From Massalongia carnosa (Eukaryota): a stretch of DNA of 64,000 nucleotides. Positions within the stretch are counted from its first letter, which is position 1; every line of letters starts with the position of its first letter. Below are positions 61,793-64,000 of this stretch, one piece after another. The position numbers and the translations under genes are program-made. The DNA lies in the NCBI GenBank assembly GCA_965645245.1, contig OZ287067.1, forward strand, positions 682,001 through 746,000. The letters run 5' to 3'. The notes beneath the pieces were generated by a model, which saw only the letters and a list, made by a program, of their open reading frames with translations, ran no database searches and was not told where the DNA came from.

Positions 61793-62956
61793 ATGGCATT
61801 ATCAATTCCTCCTAGTAGCCAAAGGATTTCTGGCTTACGTCGACCCGACTTGAAGAGAAATGGGGTTTCAGAAGATCGCAGGAATAACCCTAGCCAAGAT
61901 TCATCCTTCTGTCATTGGGATACACAATCTACGTGTATCCCAATGTTTCCTGCATTTCGCTATATCTCTCGCAAACTCGCTCAACGAAAGCTTTACATCG
62001 CTTTGATTGTTACAGACTATGGGCAATGTATTATGCCTGCGTGGCCCATTCCCAGATCGTCTCAAACCGTTCTTACCAAGGTCGTACGCAAGGCATGCGA
62101 GAAATTTCATTTTGGCTCGAGTTGGATGACAGCACTCGGCGCAACATCCGGGAAGCGGGGTTCGATAGATTTCTTCGACATAAATCGTTTCGATCCGTAC
62201 TTAATTCATCGATCCTTGATTCAAAACGAGGTCATATTTGGCGGTGATGGCCTAACTCTTCTCAGTGTCGATCACATATACACCTTCAAGCACTTCCTTG
62301 GCGTCCTTTCTAGCATCAGCTGGGTACCGCTTTCGCGAATGGCATGTCTTGCCTCTTGCATCGAGCTTCTCCGCCGGATCAACATTGTCTACACTGGCCG
62401 AAAACCATTGCAAGGCTACTTCCTTCGGGTCTACACAGAAGTTAAGATCAACCAAGCGACTTTGGAGGAAGTTTGTGCAGCGTACACCTCCAAATACGGC
62501 AAAACCGAGAACCTTGAAATCAAGAGGGAAGCAGAGAACGGAGAAGACTTCTCTCAGAAGACTTCTATCCGAAACACGCAAAGCCCGACCATCGCAGTTC
62601 AACACGATCTTGGCCCGGAACTCGATGGGATTCCCATTAATTACACCTTGCCTAAATTTATTTCCGATATAGACTCGCGCCTGAGTAGTCCATGGGGTTC
62701 AGACACCTATTACCTTGAAGAGCGTTTCCCTATCGTCACATACCCCAGGATCAAAGGTCTTTCTGGTGTGCCTAATTCTTCTCCTCAAACTCCCCCGACG
62801 CCGAACTCTCTCCATACAAGGAACGCACTTTGCTCCCAATGCCGGGCGAACATTACGAGTACCCGTTCCTTGGATGCACCGAAGGATACCACCACTATTC
62901 TCGGGTCCGAGTGGGAGTCATTTCGCGAAATTGGCCTTGGTTTGTATACGGAGTAA
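61793..62956 (+). CDS. Hypothetical protein, 387 aa, single exon
   Basis: Long ATG-initiated ORF with globular-looking blocks (FRYISRKLAQRKLYIALIV; YLIHRSLIQNEVIFGGDGLTLLSVDHIYTFK); function not recognised. Confidence 0.7.
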   Translation: MALSIPPSSQRISGLRRPDLKRNGVSEDRRNNPSQDSSFCHWDTQSTCIPMFPAFRYISRKLAQRKLYIALIVTDYGQCIMPAWPIPRSSQTVLTKVVRKACEKFHFGSSWMTALGATSGKRGSIDFFDINRFDPYLIHRSLIQNEVIFGGDGLTLLSVDHIYTFKHFLGVLSSISWVPLSRMACLASCIELLRRINIVYTGRKPLQGYFLRVYTEVKINQATLEEVCAAYTSKYGKTENLEIKREAENGEDFSQKTSIRNTQSPTIAVQHDLGPELDGIPINYTLPKFISDIDSRLSSPWGSDTYYLEERFPIVTYPRIKGLSGVPNSSPQTPPTPNSLHTRNALCSQCRANITSTRSLDAPKDTTTILGSEWESFREIGLGLYTE

Positions 62957-63258
62957 AACTGCTATTTATGGTCGCTATGTATTGAATGCCAATCCTATGT
63001 TGTAAAATAGGTTGAGAGTTATGGGCATTTTTAAAATAGGGAGAAAGGGGCTTTTGTATATTTCTTGCCCACTCTTCTATATTTTGTTGTACATACATAC
63101 TGTTCCGTAGCATTGGGATTTTTTTTTGGCATTACATATACGGGAGTAGAAGCAAGCTTCAAACAGAACCGCCGCTCTATTCTTACATATTTCCCACTGC
63201 CGCTTGCTATCACCTAATGAGCTGTTCGGCAATAATTATCCCTACCCTATAGTAAAAC

Positions 63259-64000
63259 ATGCAGTCTGGCATAACTGGTATCTGATCCCTCATATTATCA
63301 ATCGCTCTTCATGCTCTAACCCCAATCCTGCAGCCTCGCAAGAGCTTCATGACGCGTTTAACACCTTCGTATCCTCCCCTTCCCAACGGGGCCTCCTAGC
63401 CAGCATAAAAAACGAAATTCTCATTCCCACGCACCCACTTCCCTCTACCTCCACTTCCTTCCTCACCGACCTCTCTAACCTCTTGCCGCTTTTGAACTCC
63501 ACCACACCTGTATACATACTCCTGCGCCGCCACGAAGACGCCCCCGATGGCTTTATCGCCATCACGTACGTCCCCGATGCAGCACCCGTGCGCCAGAAGA
63601 TGCTCTTCGCATCCACGCGGCTCACTCTGGTGCGGGTGCTCGGTGCAGAGCGCTTCCGGGAAACGCTATTCGTGACGGAAAAGCGGGAACTGGAGCCTGA
63701 AGGCTGGAAAATGCACGAGCAAAGTAAAAACGTTGCAGTACCATTGACGGAGGAGGAGAAGGTGCTAGAGGGGGTCAAGGAAGCGGAAGCACAGACAAGA
63801 GGGGGAACGGAGGCGCGAAAGGCACAGTTTGGAAGCGGAGTTAGTTTGGGGATCCAAGAGAATGCGAAGGCGGCGCTGGAGGGGTTACGGGGTGGGGGAG
63901 ATACTTTGGTGCAGCTGGTAGGCTTTTACTTTATGGCTCTTTCGAATAGGGGGACGATGTGCTGATTTACTTCAGATGGTCAATATGCAGAGTGAAGTCA
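63259..64000 (+). CDS. TWF1: Twinfilin (ADF-H actin-binding protein), truncated by the window end
   Basis: MQSGIT|ASQELHDAF, YVPDAAPVRQKMLFASTRLTLVRVLG, PLTEEE. Confidence 0.93.

Noticed and set aside
1..64000. tRNA, rRNA, snRNA or CRISPR loci
   Set aside because: None recognised by eye; a tRNAscan-SE or Infernal run is needed to exclude them.

Overview
Gene-dense, intron-containing DNA from a filamentous ascomycete (Pezizomycotina): short GT-AG introns with CTRAC/CTAAY branch points and PEX26, PARN and Far1-like genes. About 24 genes, mostly housekeeping (CCT8, F-box/WD40, Far1/Ste5-like RING-PH-vWA, OMA1, BUD21, Pho85 cyclin, KRE9, pepP, NOC3/NIP7, PARN, PEX26, RDS3/pinin, epoxide hydrolase, twinfilin). 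Notable content: (1) a compact three-gene cluster at 26.1-31.4 kb with a putative SAM methyltransferase, a type III polyketide synthase (complete Cys-His-Asn triad, C-terminus MEDVD) and a divergently transcribed fatty-acid omega-hydroxylase-type P450; (2) a complete 2412-bp hAT transposon with 11-bp TIRs, a perfect 8-bp TSD and an intact spliced 644-aa transposase; (3) a Cys-rich candidate secreted protein of no family I recognise; (4) a decayed CYP65-like P450 pseudogene. No rRNA, tRNA or CRISPR array was recognised. Exon boundaries were read by eye, and product names come from motif recognition, not database searches.
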